A stretch of 64,000 nucleotides of DNA from an uncultured Solirubrobacteraceae bacterium (GTDB taxonomy: Bacteria > Actinomycetota > Thermoleophilia > Solirubrobacterales > Solirubrobacteraceae), in assembly GCA_963827105.1 (NCBI GenBank), contig CAWHAB010000010.1:316512-380511 (forward strand). The letters run 5' to 3'. A program made the position numbers and the translations under genes. Each line of letters starts with the position of its first letter. Positions within the stretch are counted from its first letter, which is position 1. Positions 1-10,070 of this stretch are shown piece by piece. Under the pieces are notes generated by a model that did not search any database, had not been told where the DNA came from, and saw only the letters and a list, made by a program, of their open reading frames with translations.

Positions 1-990
1 GCCGGTCTCGCCGTCGATCACCGCCTCCGGCAGCCCTCCGACCGGATAGACGATCACGGGCCGGTGAAAGCCATAGGCGAGCAGCAGCACGCCGCTCTGG
101 CTGGCGCCGCGATACGGCAGCACGACGGTGTCGGCGGCGGCGAACAGCTGCGCCGCCTGCGCCATCTCGAGGAACCCCTCGCGCACCGTCACACGCGCGG
201 CCAGCTCCGGGCCCGCGAGCAGCGCCGAGGCATCCGCGAGCGCGCCCAGGTCCTGCCCGCCGATCAGCAGATGCAGCGCCGGCAGCCGCCGGGCTGCCTC
301 GATCAGATCGCCGAGGCCCTTGTCGGCGCGCAGCTGCCCGAACATCAGCGTCACCGCTGCCCCCGCCGCGATCCCCAGCGCCGAGCGCGAGGCCTCGCGC
401 TCGGCGGCTCCGCCGGTGCGCGCCAGGCCTCCGTACTCGCCGTGTGCGATCACCGCTGCGCGCTCGCGAACGCCGGCGGGGAGCAGCGCGAGGTCCGCGC
501 GCGTGTGCACGATCGTGGCCGCGGTCAGGCGTCCGCTCGCCCACGTGATCAGCCGCCGCATCCGCAGCAGCCTGCCCGATCGCTCGACGATGCCGTGCAG
601 TGTCTGCACGATCGTCGCACCGAGCATGCGCATGCAGCCGGTCGCCAGCAGACCGATCTCGGGTGTCTCCCAGCCCTGCGTGTGCACGATGTCCGCGCGC
701 GTCGCCAACCGCATCAGGCGCGGCAGCGAGCGCAGGAAACACGCGCCGTTGGCGACCGGACCGAGGCCGCGCGCACGCAGCGCCCGCCCGGCGCGCGTGC
801 CGTCGCGCACGTAGTGGAACACCGGATGCACGACGACGCCGTCGATCTCCCCATAGAGATGGTCATCGGCTGTCGCGAGCGCCACCGACCACCCCTCGGC
901 CGCGAGCGCTCGCACCAGCTCGCCGGTGTAGTCGGCGACCCCGCCGCGCCCACCCTGCTCGATCATCAGCAGACGCCTGCGCGAGCTCAC
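1..990 (-). CDS. Glycosyltransferase family 4 (GT-B), 3' end runs off the window
   Basis: Not in the ORF track. Manual minus-strand translation from GTG at 990: MSSRRRLLMIEQGGRGGVADYTGELVRAL...LMFGQLRADKGLGDLIEAA...VVLPYRGASQSGVLLLAYGFHRPVIVYPVGGLPEAVIDGETG. These are GT4 hallmarks. Confidence 0.9.
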   Translation of the reverse strand, partial: MSSRRRLLMIEQGGRGGVADYTGELVRALAAEGWSVALATADDHLYGEIDGVVVHPVFHYVRDGTRAGRALRARGLGPVANGACFLRSLPRLMRLATRADIVHTQGWETPEIGLLATGCMRMLGATIVQTLHGIVERSGRLLRMRRLITWASGRLTAATIVHTRADLALLPAGVRERAAVIAHGEYGGLARTGGAAEREASRSALGIAAGAAVTLMFGQLRADKGLGDLIEAARRLPALHLLIGGQDLGALADASALLAGPELAARVTVREGFLEMAQAAQLFAAADTVVLPYRGASQSGVLLLAYGFHRPVIVYPVGGLPEAVIDGETG

Positions 991-1072
991 TTGAATCGTC
1001 GCCCCACGGGGCGACTAGATTACTGGCAGTGACACGTGTGCAGAGGATCCGGGACGAGCGGGCGTCGGCCGC

Positions 1073-1860
1073 GTGATGATCGATCTGCACTGCCATGTGC
1101 TCCCCGGGATCGACGACGGCCCCGACACGATCGAGGGATCGCTGCTGCTCGCCCGGACCGCCGCCGCCGCCGGGATCCACATGATCGTCGCGACGCCGCA
1201 CGTCAACGCGCGATACCACAACACCGCCGCGACGATCGCGGCGCTCGTGCGCGACGTCAACGCCTCGCTCGCCGCCGAGGAGGTCGACGTCGAGGTGCGC
1301 CAGGGCGCGGAGATAGCGCTCACGCACGCCGCCGAGATCGAGCCCGCGGAGCTCTCCCGGCTCGGCCTCGGGGGAGGGCCCTGGCTGTTGATCGAGCCGC
1401 CGTTCGCAACCGTCGCGGCCGGCCTCGACAGCGCCGTGCGCGAGATCCAGCGCAACGGGCACCGCGTGCTGCTCGCCCACCCCGAGCGCTGTCCCGCCTT
1501 CCACCGCGATCCCGCGATGCTCGAGGAGATCGTCGCGGCGGGTGCGCTGACATCGATCACCGCCGGCTCGCTCGTCGGCGACTTCGGCGGCACCGTCCAG
1601 CGTTTCGCGCTCGAGCTCGCCGCCGACGGGCATGATCCACAACGTCACATCCGACGCGCACGACTCCAGCGACGGCCGCCGGGCATGGCAGCCGCGCTGA
1701 AGCGGGCGGGGCTGGCGCCGTTGTCGGAGTGGCTGACGCGAGATCGTGCCGGCGGCGATCCTCGCCGGCGAGGAGATACCGGCGCAGCCGCGGCTGCGCC
1801 CGAGCGGCGCGCGCGCCGCGGCGGCGCGGCTGGGCGCGGCGGCTGCGCTCCGGGGCGTGA
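1073..1860 (+). CDS. CpsB/CapC/YwqE-family PHP tyrosine-protein phosphatase (frameshifted 3' part, end approximate)
   Basis: MIDLHCHVLPGIDDGP, IVATPH and LLAHPER motifs. The conserved IHNVTSDAHD segment is in another frame near 1632-1665, which indicates indels. Confidence 0.9.
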
Positions 1861-1895
1861 GCGCCGCGGCCGCACGGCGCCGGCGCGGCGCGCGG

Positions 1896-1983
1896 CTAGG
1901 CGAGCGCGGATGATCGCGATCACCATCCCGATCGCCACGAACACGACGATCGCGATCTGCATCCATATCCACGTGGGCGACAT
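1896..1983 (-). CDS. Small single-TM peptide, about 28 aa (MSPTWIWMQIAIVVFVAIGMVIAIIRLA, needs one indel correction)
   Basis: ATG at 1983 is preceded by TACGCT 7 nt upstream. The peptide is one hydrophobic helix. TAG at 1896-1898 is reached by removing one base. Confidence 0.5.
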
Positions 1984-2065
1984 CGCTGACAGCGTAGCGC
2001 CGTCGCCGGCGCTGCGGCCGGCCGCTACCGGCGGCTCCGCGGCCGCGGCAACTATCGTGTCGGGG

Positions 2066-3398
2066 ATGAGAACACGCCGCTCGACGATCGTGAGCGCGAT
2101 CGCGCTCACGCTCTGCGCGGCAGCCTCGACGATGACGATGCGCCGCGAACGCAGCCGCGGCTGCCCCGCGCGCGAAGCCGGCCGTGAGCAAGCTGCTCGG
2201 CGGCGTCAACATCGTCGGCGTCAACGGCCACACCCCGCTCGCGGAAGCCGACAGCGCGGTCGCCGCCGCCCATGCGCTGCGGCGCCAAGGTGATCCGCAG
2301 CGACGTGCCGTGGTCGGCGTTCGAGCCGCTCGGACCGGGCCAGATCGACCCGCCACGCAGGCCTTCGCCGACCGTCTCGTCACGACGCCGCGCCGGCGGG
2401 ATCAGGGTGATCATGACCGCCGACAGCACGCCCTGCTGGGCATCCTCGGCGCCCGCCGCGCTGCTCGCCGGCTGCAACCCGTCGCAGCCGAGCGCAGCGA
2501 GCTCGTGGCCGCCGCGGGAACCCGCCGACTACGCCGCGTTCGTCGCCTATCTGGCCGCGCGCTACGGCACCCAGCTGGCCGCGATCGAGGTCTGGAACGA
2601 GCCCGACCAGGCCAACGAAGCGTACTTCGCCGGGCCCGACAAACCCGAACGCTACGCGGCGGTGCTGCGCGCGGCCTACCCCGCGATCAAGGCCGCGAAC
2701 CCCAACGTGCCGGTGCTCGCCGGCTCGCTCGTGGGGCCGAACGGAGGGTTTCTGCGCGCGCTCTACGCGGCCGGGATCGAGGGCTTCTACGACGGGCTCG
2801 CGGTCCACTACTACACGCTCACGCTCGCCGCGGTGCGCTCGATCCATGAAGTGCAGCTGGCCAACGGCGACCACACGCCGCTGTGGCTCGACGAGTTCGG
2901 CTGGAGCAGCTGCTGGCCGCGGCAGATCGAGCAGGAACAGGGCTGCGTGACCGCGGCGACGCAGGCCGCGAACATCACCAACACGCTGCGCTCGCTCGCT
3001 CGCTCGCCCTACGTCGCCGCCGCCGTCACGTACAAGCTGCGCGACTCCTCATCTGAAGAATTCGGCCTGCTGTCGGCGAGCGGCGCCCGCAAGCCGTCCT
3101 TCGCGGGCTTCGCCGCCGCTCTGCCAACCCGTTCGGCGCGATCAGCCCGTCACGCTGAGGCTCGCCAGGAAGGGACACCACGTCGTCGCCACCGGCTCGG
3201 GGCCGGTCGGCGACTACATGCGCATGGAAGTTTCCGCGGCGGCGTGCTGCGCTACCACGCGTTCTTCACGCTCGACCGTTTCAATCGCTACTCGATCGCG
3301 CTGCCCGCCGTGCTCGGCACGCGCGGGCTGCAGGTGCGCGTCTACCAGTACTGGGCCGGGCCCGGCAAGAAGAGCCGACCGCCCGCACGGCGATCTGA
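2066..3398 (+). CDS. Secreted clan GH-A glycoside hydrolase (GH39/GH5-like), frameshifted
   Basis: Signal-peptide-like start [21 protein letters not shown]. Acid/base motif [17 protein letters not shown] and nucleophile WLDEFG. Several frame switches. Confidence 0.8.
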
Positions 3399-3399
3399 G

Positions 3400-4946
3400 C
3401 GTACTCGGCGTTGCGGAACAGCGCGAGCAGCGTCAGCGCGAGGATCTTCAGATCGAGCCCCAGCGACCAGTGGGCGATGTAGTAGTTGTCCCACTCCACG
3501 CGCTCGGCCAGCGAGGTCTGACCGCGCAGGCCGTGCACCTGCGCCCAGCCGGTGATCCCCGACTTGACCCGGTGGCGGTCGCCGTAGCGGATGATGTCCT
3601 GCCTGAACAGCTCGACGAATTCGGGGCGCTCGGGGCGCGGGCCGACGAGGCTCATGTCGCCGCGCAGCACGTTGAACAGCTGGGGCAGCTCGTCGAGCGA
3701 GGTGCGGCGCAGGAAGCGCCCGACGGCGGTGCGGCGATCGTCGCCCTCCACACCCCCGGGGCGGTGTCCCCGCCGAGCAGGAACTCGAGCGCTGCTCTCC
3801 TCCTCGCCGCTCAGCTCGGCCTGCGGCGCGGGTCGACGTGCGCATCGAGCGGAACTTGTAGAGGTCGAACACCTTGCCGTCGCGGCCGACCCGGCGCTGG
3901 CGGAACAACGCCGGCCCAGGCGAGCTCAGGCGCACCGCGAGCGCCGCGCACAGGATCACCGGCGAGAGCACGAGCAGCAGCACGAGCGCGAGGACGCGGT
4001 CGAACGCGTGCTTGAGCGCGAACTGCACGCCCCTGCGGGTCGACCGTCGTGAACGACATCAGCGGCAGGCCGCCGACCGTGTCATAGCCGACGCGATTGT
4101 TGATCGTGTCGAACATCCGCGGCACCACCGAGACCTCGATGCCGAGTTCCTGGCAGCGCTGGATCAGGCGACTGACGCGCGCGTCGGCGACCGAGGAGAA
4201 GGCGACGATCAGGTTCCTCACGCCCGTGCTCTCGACGGTCTCGTCGAGGTCCTCGACCGTGCCCAGCACCGGCACGTCGCGGCCGCCCACCTCGGCGATC
4301 GAGCGCGGATCGTCGTCGAGAAAGCCGATCGGGACCAGGCCGTACTCGGGATGGCTCTCCAGCCGCCGCGCCACCTGCGCGCCGACCACGCCCGCGCCCA
4401 TGATCAGCACGGGCTTGCCGACCAGCCGCGGCGCGCGCGCCCAGCGCTGCGCGAACGACAGCACCACCCGCCCGGCGCCCACCGCGAGCAGCGCGAACAG
4501 CCACGCGCGCACCCAGCGGCCTGGCTCGGGACGCGTGCCCGTTGACGAGCAGGCCGAGCATCGCGACCGTCATCGCCGCCACCGACACCCGCTGACGACA
4601 GGGACCACGCCGTCGAGCACCAGCGCGCGCAGGCGCGTGCGGTACAGGCCGCGCAGGTACAGCAGCAGCATCACCAGCGGCGGCAGCAGCAGCAGCGGTG
4701 CGCTGATCGACGGACACGTGCAGCGTCGCATCGACGCCGCCGAGGGCGAGCACCACCGCCACGCACAGCAGCACGAAGTCGACCGTCGGGCGCAGCACGC
4801 TCCAGCCCTGTCCCTCGAGCAGCCCACTGCAGCGGCCCCCGAAGGTCCCCGCCGAGCGCCACCGGGCCCGGCGCGTCGCGCAGCGCAGCTCCCCGCGTCA
4901 GCGGAAGCGTGGTCGACGTCTGCTGGGTGATGCGTGGGCTGTCCAT
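3400..4946 (-). CDS. Polyprenyl-phosphate glycosyl-1-phosphate transferase (WcaJ/CpsE-like sugar transferase), frameshifted
   Basis: Pieces in several ORFs: [10 protein letters not shown] (Rossmann-like), [77 protein letters not shown]. Confidence 0.92.
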
Positions 4947-4977
4947 GGCCGGAGCGGGCTCCTGTCCCTTAGTCGAC

Positions 4978-5573
4978 TTACTCGGGTTCTCGCGTCGCAT
5001 CGCCTTTAGCCGACTTGCCCTCTACCGGCGGTGGCCGATGCGCCATCCGCCCGGTGAGAGCGCCCGTCAGGAGCAGCGCGCCGAGCGCCAGAAGCATGTA
5101 CAGCGAGATCGCCGCCGGAGAGCCCCAGCGCTGGCCGACCGCTGCGCGAGGCCGGTCGCGAGCTGCTCGCCTGACGAGCTGGATAGCGCGACCGCGCGCC
5201 GCCTGAGCGCTCGTCGGCGGCCGCCGCGCCGACGCTCGGCCTGCGCCGCGAGCCTGCCCGGCGCCGAGCCGCCGAGCCTGCGAGCGACGGGCGCCCGCCG
5301 TGGCCCGCGGCCGCCGCCGACGCCGGCTCGGCCGCGCAGGACGCCGCTCGACGCTGCGTGAGCCCCGTCCGCGAGCGCACCACCGCCGCCGCCGGCCGCC
5401 GCCCCCGTCGGCGCCGTTCGACCAGCGCCGAGCCGAGGATCGCCTGGTTGCCCTGACCGGGGCCGCCATAGCCGCTGAGCAGCGAACCGGCCGAAGCGGT
5501 CGCCGGCAGGATCGCGAGCGAATACGAGCGCCGCGGCGAAGAACGTCATGTCGATGAAGCGTCTGATTCTCAT
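4978..5573 (-). CDS. Hypothetical secreted Gly/Ala/Ser-rich protein with C-terminal TM anchor (frameshifted)
   Basis: Stitched frames give MRIRRFIDMTFFAAALVF-LAILPATASA|GSLLSGYGGPGQGNQAILGSALV, then a Gly-rich linker, then LYMLLALGALLLTGALTGRMAHR. Confidence 0.55.
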
Positions 5574-5783
5574 GCATCCCTGCCTAGGAGTCCCTTCCGG
5601 CCCGAGCACATCGCTGCTCCTATCCGCTGCCAATCCGTCGCAGTCTCGGCCGCCCGTCTGCCAAGGCCGCACGAGCGCGCTGGCACAGCGTAGACGAAAC
5701 CACGATTATCGGCACACACGCTAGCGAACGATGCGGGTGATGTCGAGGGCAATTCCGCCTGCTTGCACGATCAATCAGGGCTC

Positions 5784-7846
5784 TCACGCGAGTTGCTGCG
5801 CCTGTCGAAGATCTGAGCGGTTGAATTCCTCGATGTCGATCCGCCGCCCTTCGCGCACGAGCTGCAGCGCCTCGCTCGTCAGCGCGTCGTGCGGGTCCAA
5901 TCGGTGCGCTCGCGCGAGCAGCGCGAGCGCCGCCGCCGGTCGGCCTCTGCTCGACGCGATCGCGCCGCGCTCGAGTGTGGCGTAGGCGTCGCCCGGCGTG
6001 CGCGCGAGCGCCGCTTGGAACTCGCTGTCGGCGCGCGCCAGATCGCCGTAGCGCAGCGCGATGCTGCCCGCCACGCAGGTACGCCTCGTCGCTGAGCGGG
6101 TTCAGCTTCGCGGCGTCGCGCAGCCGCGAGTAGGCCGTCGCGGCGCGTTCGTCCAGACGCGCGCCGCGCTCTGCACCTGAAGCTCGCTGAGCCACGGAGC
6201 CGCGAGCGACCACGCCGCCAGCAGCGCGAGCAGGGCGCACGCGCCGAGCGCGAGCGCGGCGGCGCAGCGGCGGAGGCAGCGGCGCGCCGCCGGGGCGCCG
6301 CCGGGCGCGGGGCACCCAGCGGCCGCGGCGGCGGGCGACGGCGCGAGCGCGCAGGCCAGCCCGAGCAGCGCGAACGCCGGCGCGCCCAGCCCGGCGAACT
6401 CCCAGAACCAGTCGATCGAGCCGTGCACCAGCCAGTAGCCGAAGCCCGCCAGCGCCGCTGCCGCGACCGTGCGCGCGAGCGGGTCGCTGACGCGCAACCG
6501 CGCGCGCGCCTGCGAGCAGCGCCGCAGCGAGCCCCACCAGCGCCAGCAGCGCACCGAGCAGCCCCGTCTGCGCGAGCGTGCGCAGCTCGACGCTGTGTGG
6601 GTAGTGGGGCGTCTCGTCGCTGCGGCCGTGGGCGAGGTACTGCTGCTGGAAGTTGTCCGCGCCGATCCCAAGCAGCGGGTGCGCGAGGAATTCGTCGAGC
6701 GCGACGCGGTAGAAGTCATAGCGGTTGCTGCCGAGGCCGCTGATCAGCCGGTCGCTGCTGGTGCTGGTTGCCGAATAGCCGCCCTTGAAGCTGTCCCAGC
6801 CCTGGCGGATGCGGCTGAGCGGGTTGCCCGCCACCGCCAGCCCACCCGCGAGCACCGCCGACCAGCGTCGCGATCGCGAGCGCGGCGACCCCGCGCTGCA
6901 CCGCCTGCGCGGGCGCTCGCGGAGAATCCTGCCGACCTCGACCGCGGCACCCGCCGCGACCACCAGCCCGACGAGCAGCGCCGCTAGGAACATCGCGCTC
7001 GTCGCGCTGTGCACGGCCGCGTGCGTCACCGCGCCACGGTCGAGGTGGTCGCCGACGTCGAGCACGCCGGGGCGGACGCGCCGATCCCGAGCGCGATCGG
7101 GACCAGCAGCGCGAACGTCCGCGTCCGCGCCGGCAGCAGCGCGAACACGAGCACGAGCATCACCGGGGTCGCATACAGCGAGCCGCGGCTCTGGCTCAGC
7201 AGCGCGACGTCCACGAGCAGCACAGCACCGCCGGCGAGCAGCCCGCGCAGCGCCCACGGCAGCCGCTCGCTGCGGGCCAGCAGCAGCGCCGGCCAGAACG
7301 CCATCAGCCACTGCGCCGCATTCGCGTTCGGATAGCCCGTCGGGTAGTCGAGGCGCCCACCCGGCAGCAGCGTCTGCAGGCTGGCCGAGCCCGCCGCGTC
7401 GAGATGCAGCGCCGCGTAAGGCCGCGAGCGCGACCAGCGCAAGCGTCCAGGCGACGAGCAGCAGCGCCGCGCTGCGGCCGCGCTGCGGCCAGCAGGCGAA
7501 CAGCGCGAACACGAGCAGATAAAGCAGCGTGCGATTGGCCCCTTCCCATGCGTCGCCGGGCACGTCGGCCCACAGGATCGAGAGGAAGCTGAGCGCTGTG
7601 TACGCCGCGAGCGCCGCCAGCGCAACCTTCACCGGCGCCGAGATCGCGGCGGGCCGCAGCCCGAGCACGCCGAGCCGCGATCGCCAGCAGCGCGAGCACG
7701 ATCAGCCCACCGGGAGCCCAGTGCGTGACCGGGTAGCCCGCCTGGTCGGTCGCCCACACGACGAACAGCGCAAGTGCCGCGAACGCCGGCACCGTCGCCG
7801 GCGCCGCGCGCAGCGAAGCCGTGAGCTTCGATCCCATCCGGCCCAC
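5784..7846 (-). CDS. O-antigen ligase/O-oligosaccharyltransferase-like membrane protein with C-terminal TPR region (frameshifted)
   Basis: Many TM helices. Motifs RLDYPTGYPNANA, LLSQSRGSL, SNRYDFYRVAL, HPLLGIGADNF, HYPHSVELRTLAQTGLLG, HGSIDWFW. TPR-like helices at the C-terminus. Confidence 0.88.
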
Positions 7847-7906
7847 AATAATCGCCGCTGTGGCGGCGCCGGCGGCGTCCGCGGAGCGCGCGCCGCGCCC
7901 GGGCTC

Positions 7907-8596
7907 CTACGTGCTGCCCGTCCCCTTCGCGGGGCGGGTCGCGGCGGAGAACAGCAGCGAGAGCACGCCGCCCATCAGCTCGTCGGGGACGGCCTGCGGA
8001 TCGGCGAGCTTCTGGCGTGCGATGCCGTCCGCGAGCGCGTCGATCGCGACCGCGAGATGCTCGGCGGGCATCGCCAGCTCGAGCTCGAACTCGCGCACGC
8101 CCTCGGCTATCAGCTGGGTGAGCACCCGGCGCATCTGCGCGAAGCGCGCGGCGACCTTCGGGCGCACCTCCCGATCGCGGACGCCGTAGGCCCAGAACTC
8201 CATGAACAGCAGCAGCAGCTCGGGCTCGCGCTCGATCATCGTCATCCACTGGCGCGCGCCTCCGCGCGCGCGCTCGGCCATCGACGCGCGCGCCCGCACC
8301 GCGGCCGTGATCTCCTCGGCGTGCTTGTCGATCTCGCGTTCCATCAGGACCAGGAACAGGTCCTCCTTGCCGTCGAAGTTCGAGTACAGCGCACCGGTCG
8401 AGAACCCCGCCTCGGAGGCGATCTCGTCGACCGATGCGCCGTGGAAGCCGCTGCGCGCGAATGCCCCGCGCGCAGCGGCGAGCAGGCGCTCGCGCGTGTT
8501 CGCCCGACTCTGCTCGCGCGTCATGCGACTCGCACCCGCGGCGGCGGGAGCGGGCACCGGGGCGAGCACCGCCGCTTCACTGTCACGAGGTTCCAT
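7907..8596 (-). CDS. TetR/AcrR family transcriptional regulator
   Basis: TRERLLAAARGAFARSGFHGASVDEIASEAGFSTGALYSNFDGKEDLF HTH with a BetI-like C-terminal domain. Confidence 0.96.
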   Translation of the reverse strand: MEPRDSEAAVLAPVPAPAAAGASRMTREQSRANTRERLLAAARGAFARSGFHGASVDEIASEAGFSTGALYSNFDGKEDLFLVLMEREIDKHAEEITAAVRARASMAERARGGARQWMTMIEREPELLLLFMEFWAYGVRDREVRPKVAARFAQMRRVLTQLIAEGVREFELELAMPAEHLAVAIDALADGIARQKLADPQAVPDELMGGVLSLLFSAATRPAKGTGST

Positions 8597-8609
8597 CTCG
8601 CAATCCTAC

Positions 8610-8651
8610 TTGACAGAACGATCGCTATTGAGATAGCGTTCGTTATCTGTC
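8610..8651 (+). promoter_or_regulatory. Sigma70-type promoter (TTGACA-18-TAGCGT) overlapped by an imperfect inverted repeat, likely the TetR operator
   Basis: TTGACA at 8610-8615 and TAGCGT at 8634-8639. Dyad GACAGAACGATCGCTAT-TGAG-ATAGCGTTCGTTATCTGTC lies between the divergent tetR and R2lox genes. Confidence 0.7.
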
Positions 8652-8685
8652 CTAGTCCGAACCCCGAGCACGACGGGAGCCCCCG

Positions 8686-10005
8686 ATGGCCAGCGCAACC
8701 ACCCCGGCATACGACGACAGCACGAACGTCGCGAGCCTGCCGGCCGACGCGATCTCCTACGAGGACCTGTACGCCCGCTGGGAGCGCGGCAACTGGCGCG
8801 CGACCGAGCTCGACTTCAGCGAGGACGCGCGCCAGTGGCGCGAGGACTTCACCGAGTTCGAGCGCCAGGCGGCGCTGTGGAACTACTGCCTGTTCTTCTG
8901 GGGTGAGGACGCGGTCGCCGACAACCTCTCGCCGTACATCGACGCCGCGCCACGCGAGGAGCAGAAGTACTTCCTCACGACCCAGCAGGTCGACGAGGCG
9001 CGCCACGCGGTCTTCTTCAAGCGCTTCATGCAGGAGGTTTGCGGCGTTGGCGACGGCTCGATGTCGAGCGGCCTGAACGAGATCAAGCCGCAGCTGACCT
9101 CCGGCTTTCGCAAGATCTTCGACCGCCTCGACACGATGGCCGACGAGCTGCGCGCGGACCGCTCACCGGCCAAGCTGGCGGAAGCGGTGACGCTCTACCA
9201 CGTCGTGATCGAGGCCTCGCTCGCACAGCCGGGACAGCACTTCATCTGCAACTACCTCGAGGAACGCGGGCAGCTGCCGGCCTTCCGCGAGGGCATGGAG
9301 AAGATCGCCGCCGACGAGCAGCGCCACATCGGCTTCGGCGTCAAGCTGCTCGCCGACCTCAACCGCGAAGATCCCGTCGGCGTCCCCAAGGCGGTCGCGC
9401 GCATCCTGCGCGACATGCTGCGCTTCACCGCCCAGGTGCTGATGCCGCCGGGCTGGGACGAAAGCTACCTGACGGTCTTCAACTACAGCTTCGACAAGGT
9501 CGGCGTCGAGGGGCTGACCTCCATGATCACCAAGCTCCGCTCCGCGGGCCTGCCGATCGAGACGCTCCCCGGCCCGGCGCTGATGCCGCCCGGCCTCACC
9601 CCGCTGGAAGTAGCGCGGCGCGGGCGCGCGCTCGCGCAGGCCGGCGTGATCGGCGTGCGCGAGGGCCCGACGCGCCGCGACCCGGAGACGCTCGCGCTGC
9701 TGTTCGACACGATCCGCCTGCAGGTCAACCCCGACCACGGGCTCGCGCGGGCGACGACCTTTCAGTGGGAGTTCACCGATCCCGACGTCCCAACCTGGCA
9801 CCTGACCGTCAACAACGGCTCGAGCGCCGTCGAGCAGGGCGACGCGCTCGCCCCCGACGTGCGCCTGCGACTGTCCTACCAGGACTGGGTCGACATCGTC
9901 GGCCAGCGGCTGGACCCGATGCGGGCGATCGCGACCGGCAAGCTGCGCCCGCGCGGCAACCCGTTCGCGCTCGCGCGGCTCGGCAAGGTCTTTCCCCGCG
10001 GCTGA
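8686..10005 (+). CDS. R2-like ferritin-fold dimetal protein (R2lox-like) fused to a C-terminal SCP2 lipid-binding domain
   Basis: LYARWERGNW, GEDAV, DEARH, YHVVIEA and DEQRH give the ligand set. The C-terminus FQWEFTD...PDVRLRLSYQDWVDIVGQRLDPMRAIATGKLRPRGN is SCP2-like. Confidence 0.85.
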   Translation: MASATTPAYDDSTNVASLPADAISYEDLYARWERGNWRATELDFSEDARQWREDFTEFERQAALWNYCLFFWGEDAVADNLSPYIDAAPREEQKYFLTTQQVDEARHAVFFKRFMQEVCGVGDGSMSSGLNEIKPQLTSGFRKIFDRLDTMADELRADRSPAKLAEAVTLYHVVIEASLAQPGQHFICNYLEERGQLPAFREGMEKIAADEQRHIGFGVKLLADLNREDPVGVPKAVARILRDMLRFTAQVLMPPGWDESYLTVFNYSFDKVGVEGLTSMITKLRSAGLPIETLPGPALMPPGLTPLEVARRGRALAQAGVIGVREGPTRRDPETLALLFDTIRLQVNPDHGLARATTFQWEFTDPDVPTWHLTVNNGSSAVEQGDALAPDVRLRLSYQDWVDIVGQRLDPMRAIATGKLRPRGNPFALARLGKVFPRG

Positions 10006-10070
10006 GGGCGCCTGCGCGAGCCGGGTCGAGCCTTGCAGAGGCACCCCGGTGGCCCGGATAAGCTCTGCTC

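Noticed and set aside
5574-5783. Riboswitch or ncRNA in the 210-bp gap upstream of the anchored protein
   Set aside because: No recognisable c-di-AMP, c-di-GMP or other conserved aptamer motifs by eye. An Rfam search would be needed.
8686-10005. Ribonucleotide reductase beta subunit (nrdB/nrdF)
   Set aside because: No R1 gene nearby, the first ligand is Glu, the pattern is R2lox-like, and there is an SCP2 tail.
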